Below, one piece after another: positions 30,653 through 40,212 of a stretch of 64,000 nucleotides of DNA. A program made the position numbers and the translations under genes. The stretch covers positions 32,001-96,000 of the forward strand of contig CAVZMH010000014.1 in assembly GCA_963776345.1 (NCBI GenBank), in the 5' to 3' direction. This stretch comes from an uncultured delta proteobacterium (GTDB lineage: Bacteria > Myxococcota > Myxococcia > Myxococcales > Myxococcaceae). Under the pieces are notes generated by a model. It ran no database searches, was not told the DNA's origin, and saw only the letters and a list, made by a program, of their open reading frames with translations. Every line of letters starts with the position of its first letter. Positions within the stretch are counted from its first letter, which is position 1.

Positions 30653-33246
30653 GGGCCCACCACCGCGACGGTCGCCCGGTCGAGCTGGATGACCCGCCGG
30701 GCGACGCGCTGCACGTCCTCGGCGGTGACCGCCTGGATGTGCTCGGCGTAGCGCTCGAAGTTGTCCAGCCCGAGGCCGTAGGCGGTGTCCAGCGCCAGCA
30801 GCGCCGCCCGGGCCGCGTTGCGCTGCAGCCCGATCTCGTGGGTGCCGACCAGGTGCGCCCGGGCCCGGTCCAGCTCGGCGGGGGTGACGCGCTCGTCGAG
30901 CACCTTGCGCAGCTCGGCCTCCATCCCGGCCTCGGCCGCCTCGCGCTTGTCGGCGCTGGTGCCGATGTAGACGGCGAAGTACCCGGGGTCGATGCCCTCC
31001 ACGGCCAGGCTGGTCACGCTGTAGGCCATGCTCCGCCGGTCGCGGAGCTCGGTGAACAGCCGCCCGCCCATCCCCGAGAGCACCGTGGAGAGCACCTCCA
31101 GCGCGTGCCGGTCCGGGTCGAACAAGGTGAGCCCCTGGAACCCGAGGACCACATGGGCCTGCGCCCGGGCGAGCGTGCGGTGGACGCGGCGGCGCTCGGT
31201 CGGAGGCGCCTCGCGCGCGACCTCGGGGAGAGGCTGCGGTCCCTTGCCGGCTGCGCCGAACAGCGCGCGCGCGCGCTCCACCACCTCCGCGACGTCCACG
31301 TCGCCGATGACCGCCAGCACCATCCGCGACGGGTCATGGAAGCGGCGGTGGTGGACCCGGAGCTGGTCGGCGGTGAAGCGCTCCACCGTCGCCCGCTCGC
31401 CGATCTGCGGCATCCGGTAGGGGTGATGCTGGAACAGCGTGCGGGAGAAGGTGTCGAAGGCCAGCGACGACGGCCGGTCCTCGCGCGCGGCGATCTCTTG
31501 CAGCAGGAGGTGTCGCTCGCGCTCCAGCTCCTCCTCGGGGAAGGCCGGGTCGAGCAGGCAGTCGGCGAGGAGGGGGAAGGCGCGGTCGAAGTGCCGCGAG
31601 AGCGCCTCGGCCCGGAGCGACACCGAGTTCCGTCCGCCCGCGCCGGAGATGGACCCCGCGCAGGCGTCCATCAGGTGCTGGATCTCCTCGGCGCCGAGGG
31701 ACGTCGTGCCTCGGGTGAGCATCCGCGAGAGCAGCGTGGTCAGCCCGTTGGTCTCCTCGGTCTCGAAGCGCAGGCCGCCGACGAACGCCGCGCGCATCGC
31801 GACCAGAGGCGTCGCCCGCTCCTCGCGGACCAGCAGCGTGGCGCCGTTGCCGAGGGTCTCGACGGTGATCTTCCCCGCCTCGGGCCCGGTGCCCTTCAGC
31901 CTGGGAATCGCCGCCGCCGGGGCCGTCTGCGCGCGGCGGGCCGGGGTGGTGACGCCGGGCTCGCGGGCCGCCTCGTCGAGCGCCGCCTGCACCTCGGGCT
32001 CGCCGAGCTGGACGCCCGCGGGCAAGAGCCCGGTCACCACCGCGGTGTCGAAGGTCAGGTAGCGGCGGGCCACCTGCCACACGGCGTCGGGCGTCAGCGC
32101 GGCGACCCGGGCGTGGTACCGCTCCTCGGCCTCGAAGCCGCCGAGGCTCGTCTCGTAGTGCCCGAGCTTCCGGGCGAGGCCCTGCACTGTCTCCCGTGCG
32201 TACACCGCCTCGCTCTCCACCAGCGCCTGGATGGTCGCCAGCTCCTCCGCGGAGGGAGGCGCCGCCACCAGCTGGGCCAGCGTGCGCAGCGTCTCGGTCA
32301 GCGCCGGCCGGACCTTTTCGCCCGGGAGCGTCATTCCGACCCCGAACAGGCCCGGGTCCACCGGGGTGTAGGCGTAGGCGCTGATCTCGTTCACCAGGCG
32401 TCCGGCCCGCTTCACCTGGCGGAAGAGCCGGCTGGTCTCCCCCTGCCCGGCGAGCATCGCCAGCACGTCCAGCGCCGGCACGTCCTCGTGGTTGGCGGCG
32501 GGAATGGCGAACGAGACGTTGAGCCAGGCTTCCTTCGCCTCGTCCGGCGCCAGGTGGATGCGCCGGCCGGCGCGGGCCGGCTCGGGCGGTCGGTGGCGGC
32601 CGGGCGCGCGCGGGCGTCTCCAGTCTCCGCCGAGCAGCTCCTCGGCCCAGGCGCGCACCGAGGCGAGCGGCACGTCGCCCACCGCCACCAGGGTCATCGC
32701 CTCGGGGGTGTAGTGCCGCCGGTAGAAGTCCAGGATGCGCTCGCGGGTGGTGGCGCGCACGCTCTCCGGCGTCCCGAGCACCGGGAGCCGGTAGGGGTGC
32801 ACCTGGTAGCTCTCGCGGAACAGGTCGCGCGAGGCGCGGCGGGCGGGGGTGTCCTCGGCACGCTTGATCTCCTCGACCACCACCTCGCACTCGCGGGCCA
32901 GCTCGGTCGGGTCGAAGCGCGGGAAACGCACCGCGTCGGCGAGCACGTCGAGGCCCTCGCGCGCGAACTGGGCCGCCATCACCGTGTGGTAGACGGTGTG
33001 GTCAAACGAGGTCCAGGCGTTGACCTCGCCACCGTGGGCCTCGATGTCCCGGGCGATCTCCCCCGGGCCCCGGCGCTCGGTTCCCTTGAACAGCATGTGC
33101 TCGTGGAGGTGCGCCAGGCCGGCCTCGTCCGGGGACTCGTCGGCGCCGCCCACGTCGACCCAGATCTGCCAGGCGACGACGTGCGCCGCGCCCTGGTGCT
33201 CGTGGAGGACGGTGAGGCCGTTGTCGAGTCGGTGGCGGGTAGGCAT
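30649..33246 (-). CDS. M16 (pitrilysin) family zinc peptidase
   Basis: LDNGL, GLAHLHEHMLFKGT, NAWTSFD; duplicated domain layout. Confidence 0.93.
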   Translation of the reverse strand: MPTRHRLDNGLTVLHEHQGAAHVVAWQIWVDVGGADESPDEAGLAHLHEHMLFKGTERRGPGEIARDIEAHGGEVNAWTSFDHTVYHTVMAAQFAREGLDVLADAVRFPRFDPTELARECEVVVEEIKRAEDTPARRASRDLFRESYQVHPYRLPVLGTPESVRATTRERILDFYRRHYTPEAMTLVAVGDVPLASVRAWAEELLGGDWRRPRAPGRHRPPEPARAGRRIHLAPDEAKEAWLNVSFAIPAANHEDVPALDVLAMLAGQGETSRLFRQVKRAGRLVNEISAYAYTPVDPGLFGVGMTLPGEKVRPALTETLRTLAQLVAAPPSAEELATIQALVESEAVYARETVQGLARKLGHYETSLGGFEAEERYHARVAALTPDAVWQVARRYLTFDTAVVTGLLPAGVQLGEPEVQAALDEAAREPGVTTPARRAQTAPAAAIPRLKGTGPEAGKITVETLGNGATLLVREERATPLVAMRAAFVGGLRFETEETNGLTTLLSRMLTRGTTSLGAEEIQHLMDACAGSISGAGGRNSVSLRAEALSRHFDRAFPLLADCLLDPAFPEEELERERHLLLQEIAAREDRPSSLAFDTFSRTLFQHHPYRMPQIGERATVERFTADQLRVHHRRFHDPSRMVLAVIGDVDVAEVVERARALFGAAGKGPQPLPEVAREAPPTERRRVHRTLARAQAHVVLGFQGLTLFDPDRHALEVLSTVLSGMGGRLFTELRDRRSMAYSVTSLAVEGIDPGYFAVYIGTSADKREAAEAGMEAELRKVLDERVTPAELDRARAHLVGTHEIGLQRNAARAALLALDTAYGLGLDNFERYAEHIQAVTAEDVQRVARRVIQLDRATVAVVGP

Positions 33247-33295
33247 GTGGGATGGGCCTTTGGGGCGAAGGACAGGTAGTCTGCCCTGACACGCG

Positions 33296-35602
33296 ATGCC
33301 CGGCGCACCGGAAGACGTCAACCCTCTTCAGGACTTGGACTTCGGGGACGAACCCCTCGCCCCGAAGCCGCCGGCCGCCGCGTCCCCCCGCCGTGCCCCC
33401 CCGCCCCCGCAGCAGGCGGCCTCGGCGGGCTCCCCCGCGCCCCCGCCGCTCCCCCGGAGGTCCTCGGGGAACAAGCCGTCGAGCGCCCCGGCCGCGGCCC
33501 AGCCCGGCGCCCCCACCGGCGGCCTGGTGCCCGTGGCCCAGGTCCCCCCGGCCGTCCCGAGGCCCTCGGGGGACCCCTTCCAGGAAGGGCCCGAGCCGCG
33601 CCCGCCCCGGGGCATCGCCCTCGACGAGAAGCTCGAGTACTTCCGCTCCGTCCTCAAGCTGAAGGAGGAGACGCTCGTCCGGGCGCGCGCGGTCTACGAG
33701 CAGCGAGATCTAGAGGCGGCCCGGCTGCGCGAGGTGGCCGTCGCCCTGAAGGCGCAGCTCGACGAGGTGCTCCCCCAGCTCGGGCAGCTCCGCTACCTCC
33801 CGGCCCGGCTCGAGCAGCTCCAGGCGGCGCTGGAGCAGGAGCGCGCCCGGGCCGACGCCGCCGAGGGCCAGGCCTCGAGCTTCGAGCAGCAGCTCGGCTC
33901 CAGCGAGGCCGACCGGCGGGACCTGGCCCGCGCCCTGGCCGAGGTGGAGGCCGAGCTGCCCGGGCTGAGGGGCTCGCTCGACGAGGAGAAGCTGGCCCGG
34001 GCCGCGGTGGCGGAGGAGCTGGCCACGGTCAAGGAGTCGCTCCAGGCCTCCGAGGAGAAGGCCCGCCAGCTCGAGGTGGAGAAGCTCGAGGCGATGGGCA
34101 GCCTCGACGCGGTCAACGGCCAGTACCACGAGATGGCCAGCGTGGCGGACCGGCTCGAGTCGGAGCGCGACCGGCTGGCCGAGGAGGTGAAGACCCTCAC
34201 CGCCGAGCGGGACGGCGCCAGCACCGAGAAGGACCTGGTGCGCGGGGAGCTGGAGTCGCTCACCGGCGAGGCCGACCAGCTCCGGGGCGACCTCCAGGCG
34301 GCCCGCGGCGCGCTGCACTCGCTCGAGCAGGAGCACGGGAGGAGCAAGGCCTCGGTCGTCGACTTCGAGGGCCGCGTCCGCTACCTCGAGAGCGAGCTGG
34401 CCGAGGCGCGCCAGCGGGCCCAGGCGCTCGAGGAGAGCGCGGCGCAGATGGCCGAGGCCTCCAGCGAGGAGCTGGCCGATGCGAGCGCCGCGCTGGCCGC
34501 GCTGAAGGGCGAGAAGGCCGCGCTGGAGAAGGAGGCCGGGGACCTCCCGCGGCTCCGGCAGGCGCTCGAGGCCCAGCTGGCGAGGGTCCGCGACCTCCAG
34601 ACACAGCTCGAGGAGTCCACCCGCCACGGCTCGCAGCTCCAGGACCAGCTCCACTCCCACTCCGAGGAATCGGCCGCGCTCAGGGGCGAGCTCGAGGCCT
34701 TCCAGTCGCAGATGCAGGCCGAGGAGCAGCGGGCCCGCGCCGAGCTGGACGAGGCGCTGGGGCGTGAAGGCCAGGCGCGGAAGACGCTGGAGACGAAGCT
34801 GGCCGAGCGGACCCAGCAGCTCCAGGCCGCCCAGAAGGCCGAGGCCGCCGCGCGGCAGGAGGGCGAATCGCGGGCCGAGCGGGTGAAGGCGCTCGAGCGG
34901 CAGCTCCAGGCCGAGGTGGAGAAGCGCACCCAGGCCGAGGCGAAGGGGGCCGACCTCCGCCGCACGCTCGACGAGTACCAGGGCGCGCACGACGAGAAGA
35001 GCTCGTTGCTGGAGACCCAGCGTCACCAGTCCAAGCAGCTCGAGGCGGCGCTCGGGGGCGAGGAGGAGAAGCGCAAGGGGCTGGAGAAGAAGCTCCAGAC
35101 GCTGGCGAAGGAGCTGGAGTCGGCGCGGTCGGGGGAGGAGAAGGCCCGGGCGCAGGCCACCCAGACCGGCGCGCAGGTGCAGAAGCTCCAGGACTCGCTC
35201 AAGGCCGAGCAGCAGAAGTCCACCTCGTTCCGCGAGCAGCTCAACGCGCAGCTCGCCGGCGGGTCCGAGGCCATCATCAGGAAGCTCACCGAGGAGCTGG
35301 AGCGGGTCCGGGCCGATGCGATGGCCCTGAAGAAGACCCGGGAGGAGCTGACCGACGCCAACCGCAAGGCCATGGAGGCCCAGGCATCCTTGACGAAGGA
35401 GAAGCGCGAGCGCGAGGCGTTGCAGGCGCGCGTCTCGGAGCCCCCGCCCAAGGGCGCGAGCAGCGACGAGGTGGAGAAGCTCCGCGCGGACGTGGCAAAG
35501 CTGAAGACCAAGCTGGTCGCGGCGGAGAACGCGGCCGAGGCGGCGGCCCTCCTGAAATCGAAGGTTGCAAGGCTCGAGGCCCAGCTGAAGAAGAAGGGCT
35601 GA
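33296..35602 (+). CDS. Long coiled-coil protein with Pro-rich N-terminus
   Basis: 768 aa of E/L/A/Q/K heptad composition. Confidence 0.8.
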   Translation: MPGAPEDVNPLQDLDFGDEPLAPKPPAAASPRRAPPPPQQAASAGSPAPPPLPRRSSGNKPSSAPAAAQPGAPTGGLVPVAQVPPAVPRPSGDPFQEGPEPRPPRGIALDEKLEYFRSVLKLKEETLVRARAVYEQRDLEAARLREVAVALKAQLDEVLPQLGQLRYLPARLEQLQAALEQERARADAAEGQASSFEQQLGSSEADRRDLARALAEVEAELPGLRGSLDEEKLARAAVAEELATVKESLQASEEKARQLEVEKLEAMGSLDAVNGQYHEMASVADRLESERDRLAEEVKTLTAERDGASTEKDLVRGELESLTGEADQLRGDLQAARGALHSLEQEHGRSKASVVDFEGRVRYLESELAEARQRAQALEESAAQMAEASSEELADASAALAALKGEKAALEKEAGDLPRLRQALEAQLARVRDLQTQLEESTRHGSQLQDQLHSHSEESAALRGELEAFQSQMQAEEQRARAELDEALGREGQARKTLETKLAERTQQLQAAQKAEAAARQEGESRAERVKALERQLQAEVEKRTQAEAKGADLRRTLDEYQGAHDEKSSLLETQRHQSKQLEAALGGEEEKRKGLEKKLQTLAKELESARSGEEKARAQATQTGAQVQKLQDSLKAEQQKSTSFREQLNAQLAGGSEAIIRKLTEELERVRADAMALKKTREELTDANRKAMEAQASLTKEKREREALQARVSEPPPKGASSDEVEKLRADVAKLKTKLVAAENAAEAAALLKSKVARLEAQLKKKG

Positions 35603-35618
35603 AGGGCCGGACGCTCGG

Positions 35619-36347
35619 ATGGGCGCAGCTCCCCAGCACATCGGCATCGTCGCCTGCTCGGCGGAGGGCGCGGCCCTCTGCTACCGGACCGTCTGCACGG
35701 AGGCGCCGCGGCTCCTCGGTCGGTACGCCCACCCGGAGGTCTCGCTGCACGGGCAGTCGTTCGCCGACTATCAGGAGTGCATCGACCGGGACGACTGGGC
35801 GGGGGTCGCCGAGCTGATGCTCGCGTCGGCGCGGAAGCTCGCCGCCGCCGGAGCCCGGTTCCTCATCTGTCCGGACAACACGATTCACCGGGCGTTCCCG
35901 CAGCTCGAGGGGCGGTCGCCGCTTCCCTGGCTGCACATCGCGGAGGTGGTCGCCGCCGCCGCCGTCGAGCGCGGGTTCCGGCGGCTCGGGCTCACCGGGA
36001 CGCGGTGGCTGGTGGAGAGCGAGGTCTACCCGGAGAAGCTGGCCGCGCGCGGGCTCCAGTGGGTGCGGCCGGGCGCGGAGGACCGCCTCGAGATCAGCCG
36101 CATCATCATGGAGGAGCTGGTGAACGGCCGCTTCAGGCCCGAGGCCGTGGCCACGTTCCAGGCGGTCATCGGACGGCTCAAGGACGCCGGGTGCGACGCC
36201 GTGGTGCTGGGGTGCACCGAGATCCCCCTGATCATCGACGACGCCAGCTCGCCGCTCCCGACGCTGGATTCCACCCGGCTGCTCGCCCGCGCCGCGATCC
36301 ACCGGGCGATCGAGCCTGAGCCGGCCGGCGTGGCGGGGCGCGGGTAG
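35619..36347 (+). CDS. Aspartate/glutamate racemase family
   Basis: ICPDNTIH, LHIAE, VLGCTEIP, LDST. Confidence 0.88.
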   Translation: MGAAPQHIGIVACSAEGAALCYRTVCTEAPRLLGRYAHPEVSLHGQSFADYQECIDRDDWAGVAELMLASARKLAAAGARFLICPDNTIHRAFPQLEGRSPLPWLHIAEVVAAAAVERGFRRLGLTGTRWLVESEVYPEKLAARGLQWVRPGAEDRLEISRIIMEELVNGRFRPEAVATFQAVIGRLKDAGCDAVVLGCTEIPLIIDDASSPLPTLDSTRLLARAAIHRAIEPEPAGVAGRG

Positions 36348-36496
36348 CGGCGGGCGAGGCCGACCGGCCCCTGGGCAACGCCGGAGTCGGGGTCAACGTC
36401 GCCCTGCCGGTTCCGGGCGGCCTGCGCGAGTCCCAGCGCTCCGCCGCCTCCGCCGCGGGTCCTGCGCGCCTGCCGTCCGGGGGCCAGCGGGGGCGT

Positions 36497-36559
36497 GACT
36501 CGTCAGGAAACTCACCTGACTATTTCCGAGAAATAGACAGGGTACTTTCCTGACCAGTC
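36497..36559. repeat. 63-bp AT-rich imperfect palindrome (copy 2)
   Basis: 30-nt arms, 25/30 complementary, loop CGA; its reverse complement aligns ungapped to about 12280-12342. Confidence 0.85.
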
Positions 36560-36629
36560 CGTGACTCGGGTGCGGACGGGGGAGGCACGCGGAGTCGCCG
36601 TCCGGGTCCCCCCGGTGTACAGGCCCTGC

Positions 36630-37820
36630 ATGGGAGTCGATCCGCTCACCGGGCTCGAGGTCGCTCGCTCCGGGCTGTACGTCCATTTCCCGTACTGCCT
36701 CCGGCGCTGCCCGTACTGCGACTTCACCATCGCCATCGCCCGCTCGGTGCCGGGGGCGCGCTACGCCGACGCGGTGCTGGCGGAGCTGCGCCTCCGGCTC
36801 GAGGAGCGCCCGGCGTGGGGCGAGCGACCGCTCGACTCGGTGTACCTCGGCGGAGGAACGCCCTCGCTCTGGGCCCCGGCGGACGTCGCCCGGGTGCTCC
36901 AGGGCATCGCCGCGGTCCTTCCGCTCGCGCCCGACGCCGAGGTGTCGCTCGAGGCCAACCCGGAAGTGTCCGACGCCGCGCGGCTCGCCGGGTACCGGGC
37001 CGCAGGGGTGAACCGGCTCTCGCTCGGCATCCAGTCGTTCGAGCCCGGGACGCTGGCGACGCTCGGACGCTCTCACTCGCCCTCCGAGGCAGAGGCGGCG
37101 TTCGGCGCGGCTCGGGCCGCCGGCTTCGAGAACGTCAGCGTGGACCTCATCCACGGCGTGCCCGGCCAGTCGCTCGCCCAGGCCGTGGAGGACGCGCGCC
37201 GGACCGTCACGCTCGTGCCCGAGCACGTCTCGTCGTACGTCCTCACCGTGGAGCGTGAGCACCTCGGGGCCGAGACGGTGTTCAGCCGCCGGCTTCGCCA
37301 GGGCCGGCTCGCGCTCCCGGACGATGCGGCGGTGGTGGAGATGGTCGACGCGGTCGGCGAGGTGCTCGCCGGGGCGGGGCTCGAGCGGTACGAGATCTCC
37401 AGCCACGCGGTGCCCGGCCGGCACTCGCGGCACAACGCGCTGTACTGGACCGGAGGAGAGTCGCTCGCCCTCGGCGCCGGGGCGGTGGGCTTCCACCGCG
37501 ATGGAACGGGTGGCGTGCGCACCACGAACCTCCGCAGCACGCCGCGTTGGCTCGAGGCGGTCGAGTCGGGCCGGCGGCCGGACGAGGATCGGGAGACGCT
37601 CGACGCGGAGGCGCTCTACGAAGAGCGGCTCCTGCTCGGGCTCCGGCTGCGCTCGGGGCTCGACCTGTCGGCGCTCTGGGCGGAGCACGCCGTCGCGCCC
37701 CGCGCCGCGGAGCTGGCGACGCTCATCCGCGACGGCTTCGTCGAGAGGGTCGACCACCGGGTCCGGCTCACCCCGCGCGGCGCCCACCTGCACCAGGAGA
37801 TCAGCGCCCGGCTGGTGTGA
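36630..37820 (+). CDS. hemW: Radical SAM heme chaperone HemW
   Basis: LYVHFPYCLRRCPYCDF, GGGTPS, EANP, YEISS, SRHNALYW. Confidence 0.92.
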   Translation: MGVDPLTGLEVARSGLYVHFPYCLRRCPYCDFTIAIARSVPGARYADAVLAELRLRLEERPAWGERPLDSVYLGGGTPSLWAPADVARVLQGIAAVLPLAPDAEVSLEANPEVSDAARLAGYRAAGVNRLSLGIQSFEPGTLATLGRSHSPSEAEAAFGAARAAGFENVSVDLIHGVPGQSLAQAVEDARRTVTLVPEHVSSYVLTVEREHLGAETVFSRRLRQGRLALPDDAAVVEMVDAVGEVLAGAGLERYEISSHAVPGRHSRHNALYWTGGESLALGAGAVGFHRDGTGGVRTTNLRSTPRWLEAVESGRRPDEDRETLDAEALYEERLLLGLRLRSGLDLSALWAEHAVAPRAAELATLIRDGFVERVDHRVRLTPRGAHLHQEISARLV

Positions 37821-37907
37821 CGTCGCGGTGGAGCCGATGGGTGTGCATGCGGGTGCAACGGCGCGACTGTCGGACAGACGTGGCGAGCGCCAGGCTGCCC
37901 GGCCCCC

Positions 37908-39503
37908 GTGCTAGAAAGTCACTCCTTCGCTCCCGTGCAAGCGCCGCACTCCGTTGCCGAGGCCCTCGGCGAGCCCGCTCCCGGTGAGCGCCTCGCCGGT
38001 CCGCCAGGCGTCCCCGTCCAGATTGCGCCCGCCGCCGGCGCGCCGGGCACGCCCGCGCCGCTGGCGCACGAGACCGTCGAGTTCCGGCGGCTCCTGACCC
38101 GCGCCTTCCTCATCCCGGCGATCCTCCTCGCGTTGCTGGCGGTGGCGCTGGGCGGGGGCGTGGCGCTGCTCGTCCATCAGGCCCGGCTGACCCAGCGGTC
38201 GGACCAGGTGCTCGCCTATTCGGCCCTGCTCCGCGAGCTGCTGGTGGACCGGGAGACCGGCCTGCGCGGGTACCTCCTGTCCGGTGACCGGAGCTTCCTC
38301 GCCCCGCTCGAACGCGCCGACGGGAAGCTCACCGACACCTTGCGGCTGCTGCGGCTCCTCCTCCGCGAGAACCCGGACCAGCTGGCACGGCTGGACATCG
38401 TCGAGTCGATGGCCAGCGACTGGGCCAGCTACGCCGTGCGGGAGCGAGCGCTCTTCGAGACCGGCGAGGACTACATCCGCTACTTCAAGGCCGGTGAGGG
38501 CGTGCAGCGGCTCTCCAGCATGCTCGAGGTGCTCGACACCCTCGGCGAGAGCGAGCAGGCGAGGGGGCGCGAGCGCGCCGAGCAGGCGGCGCTCACCGGC
38601 CGGCTGCTCTTCTGGCTGTCGCTGGGGTGCGTGGGCACGCTGGCCCTGGTGCTCGGGTACGCCAGCCGCCGGCAGCTCCTGGCCCTGGCCCGGAGCCACG
38701 GCGAGGCGGTGACCGCGATGGAGGAGCGCGAGCAGGCCATCCGCGAGCTCAATGCCTCGCTCGAGGAGCGGGTCGCCGAGCGGACCCAGGCCCTCGCGGC
38801 GGTGAACGCCGAGCTGGAAGCGTTCACCTCCTCGGTGAGCCACGACCTGCGGGCGCCGCTGCGGCAGCTGGGCGGTTTCACCCGGCTGCTGGACGAGAGC
38901 GCCGGCTCACGGCTCGACGCCCGCGAGCGCAGTTACCTGACATTGCTCCGGAACACCGCGGCCGAGGCGGTGCAGATGGTCGACGACCTGCTCTCGTTCA
39001 GCCGGGTCAGCCGGGCCGAGCTGCGGAGCCGCGCGGTCGACCTGAACGCGGTGCTGCGGTCGGCGCGGGACGGTCTGCTGCACGAGCAGGAGGGTCGCGA
39101 GGTGGAGTGGGTGGTTCATTCGCTGCCCACGGTGCAGGGCGACCCGACGATGCTGCTGCTGGTGCTGCGAAATCTCCTGGGCAACGCGCTCAAGTACACC
39201 CGGGAGCGCCGGTCCGCGCGCATCGAGGTGGGCACGGTGAACGTCCCCGGCGCCGAGGACATCGTCTACGTCCGGGACAACGGGGTGGGCTTCGACATGA
39301 AGTACGCCCACAAGCTCTTCGGCGTGTTCCAGCGGCTGCACCGGGCCGACCAGTTCGAGGGCAGCGGCATCGGGCTGGCGCACGTCCGGCGCATCGTCCA
39401 GCGGCACGGCGGCCGGGTGTGGGGCGTGGGCGTGCCGGACCAGGGCGCGACGTTCTACGTGGCGCTGCCCCGGCGCGGGCAACCGGGCGAGATCGCGATC
39501 TGA
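37908..39503 (+). CDS. CHASE3 sensor histidine kinase (start uncertain)
   Basis: DRETGLRGYLL, SHDLRAPL, NLLGNALKY, DNGVGF, GSGIGL. Confidence 0.92.
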   Translation: MLESHSFAPVQAPHSVAEALGEPAPGERLAGPPGVPVQIAPAAGAPGTPAPLAHETVEFRRLLTRAFLIPAILLALLAVALGGGVALLVHQARLTQRSDQVLAYSALLRELLVDRETGLRGYLLSGDRSFLAPLERADGKLTDTLRLLRLLLRENPDQLARLDIVESMASDWASYAVRERALFETGEDYIRYFKAGEGVQRLSSMLEVLDTLGESEQARGRERAEQAALTGRLLFWLSLGCVGTLALVLGYASRRQLLALARSHGEAVTAMEEREQAIRELNASLEERVAERTQALAAVNAELEAFTSSVSHDLRAPLRQLGGFTRLLDESAGSRLDARERSYLTLLRNTAAEAVQMVDDLLSFSRVSRAELRSRAVDLNAVLRSARDGLLHEQEGREVEWVVHSLPTVQGDPTMLLLVLRNLLGNALKYTRERRSARIEVGTVNVPGAEDIVYVRDNGVGFDMKYAHKLFGVFQRLHRADQFEGSGIGLAHVRRIVQRHGGRVWGVGVPDQGATFYVALPRRGQPGEIAI

Positions 39504-39576
39504 GCGTTCGGCGGGCGCTCCCATCGAGCGCCGGTCCGTGCCTAGTCTCCTCGCTCCCGGTCGCGCTGGAGGGCTC

Positions 39577-40044
39577 ATGGCCGAAGCGAAGGTCGTCGCG
39601 CGCTGGCGCAGCTGGGCCCCCCGGCTGCTGAGCGTTCTCCGCATCGTCGCCGCGTTCGTCTTCATCCAGTTCGGGACGGCGAAGCTCTTCGCCTTTCCGG
39701 GCCCGCTGGTGCATGGCGGAGGCCCCGTGCCCCTCGGCTCGCTCTGGGGCATCGCCGGCGTCCTGGAGACCGTCGGTGGGGCGCTGCTGCTGGTCGGGCT
39801 CTTCACCCGCCCCGTGGCCTTCCTCCTCTCCGGGGAGATGGCCGTCGCCTACTTCCACGGTCATGCGCCGAACGGCTTCTGGCCGGTGCTGAACGGGGGA
39901 CACCCGGCGGTCCTGTTCTGCTTCGTCTGGCTCTACGTCTCGGCCGCCGGCGCCGGGCCGTGGAGCCTGGACGCCCTCCGCCGCCGTCCGGACGGAGCAG
40001 CCGCGGAGGGTCGTCCCGGAGGCGGCCCTCCCGGAGGCGTCTGA
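39577..40044 (+). CDS. DoxX family membrane protein
   Basis: LRIVAA...GTAKLF...GLFTRPVAF..SGEMAVAYF...GAGPWSLD. Confidence 0.9.
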   Translation: MAEAKVVARWRSWAPRLLSVLRIVAAFVFIQFGTAKLFAFPGPLVHGGGPVPLGSLWGIAGVLETVGGALLLVGLFTRPVAFLLSGEMAVAYFHGHAPNGFWPVLNGGHPAVLFCFVWLYVSAAGAGPWSLDALRRRPDGAAAEGRPGGGPPGGV

Positions 40045-40135
40045 GAGCTCCGACGACCCCAGGGCGTGGTCGGCGACGGGACCCGTGCTCGGCTGAGGGG
40101 CAGCACCACGAAGGCCAGCAGCAGCCACACCAGCC

Positions 40136-40160
40136 GGTAACGAGGTGTTTGGCACCTCGG
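40136..40160 (+). repeat. Single REP
   Basis: GGTAACGAGGTGTTTGGCACCTCGG between convergent genes. Confidence 0.9.
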
Positions 40161-40212
40161 GCCGGCACCTCGGGCCAGCGACCGGTCGGGCCCGCCTCCC
40201 CCGGCCTGCGCT

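Noticed and set aside
40050..40135. Gene remnant YRLVWLLLAFVVLPLS next to a REP
   Set aside because: Too short, with no start or context to support it.
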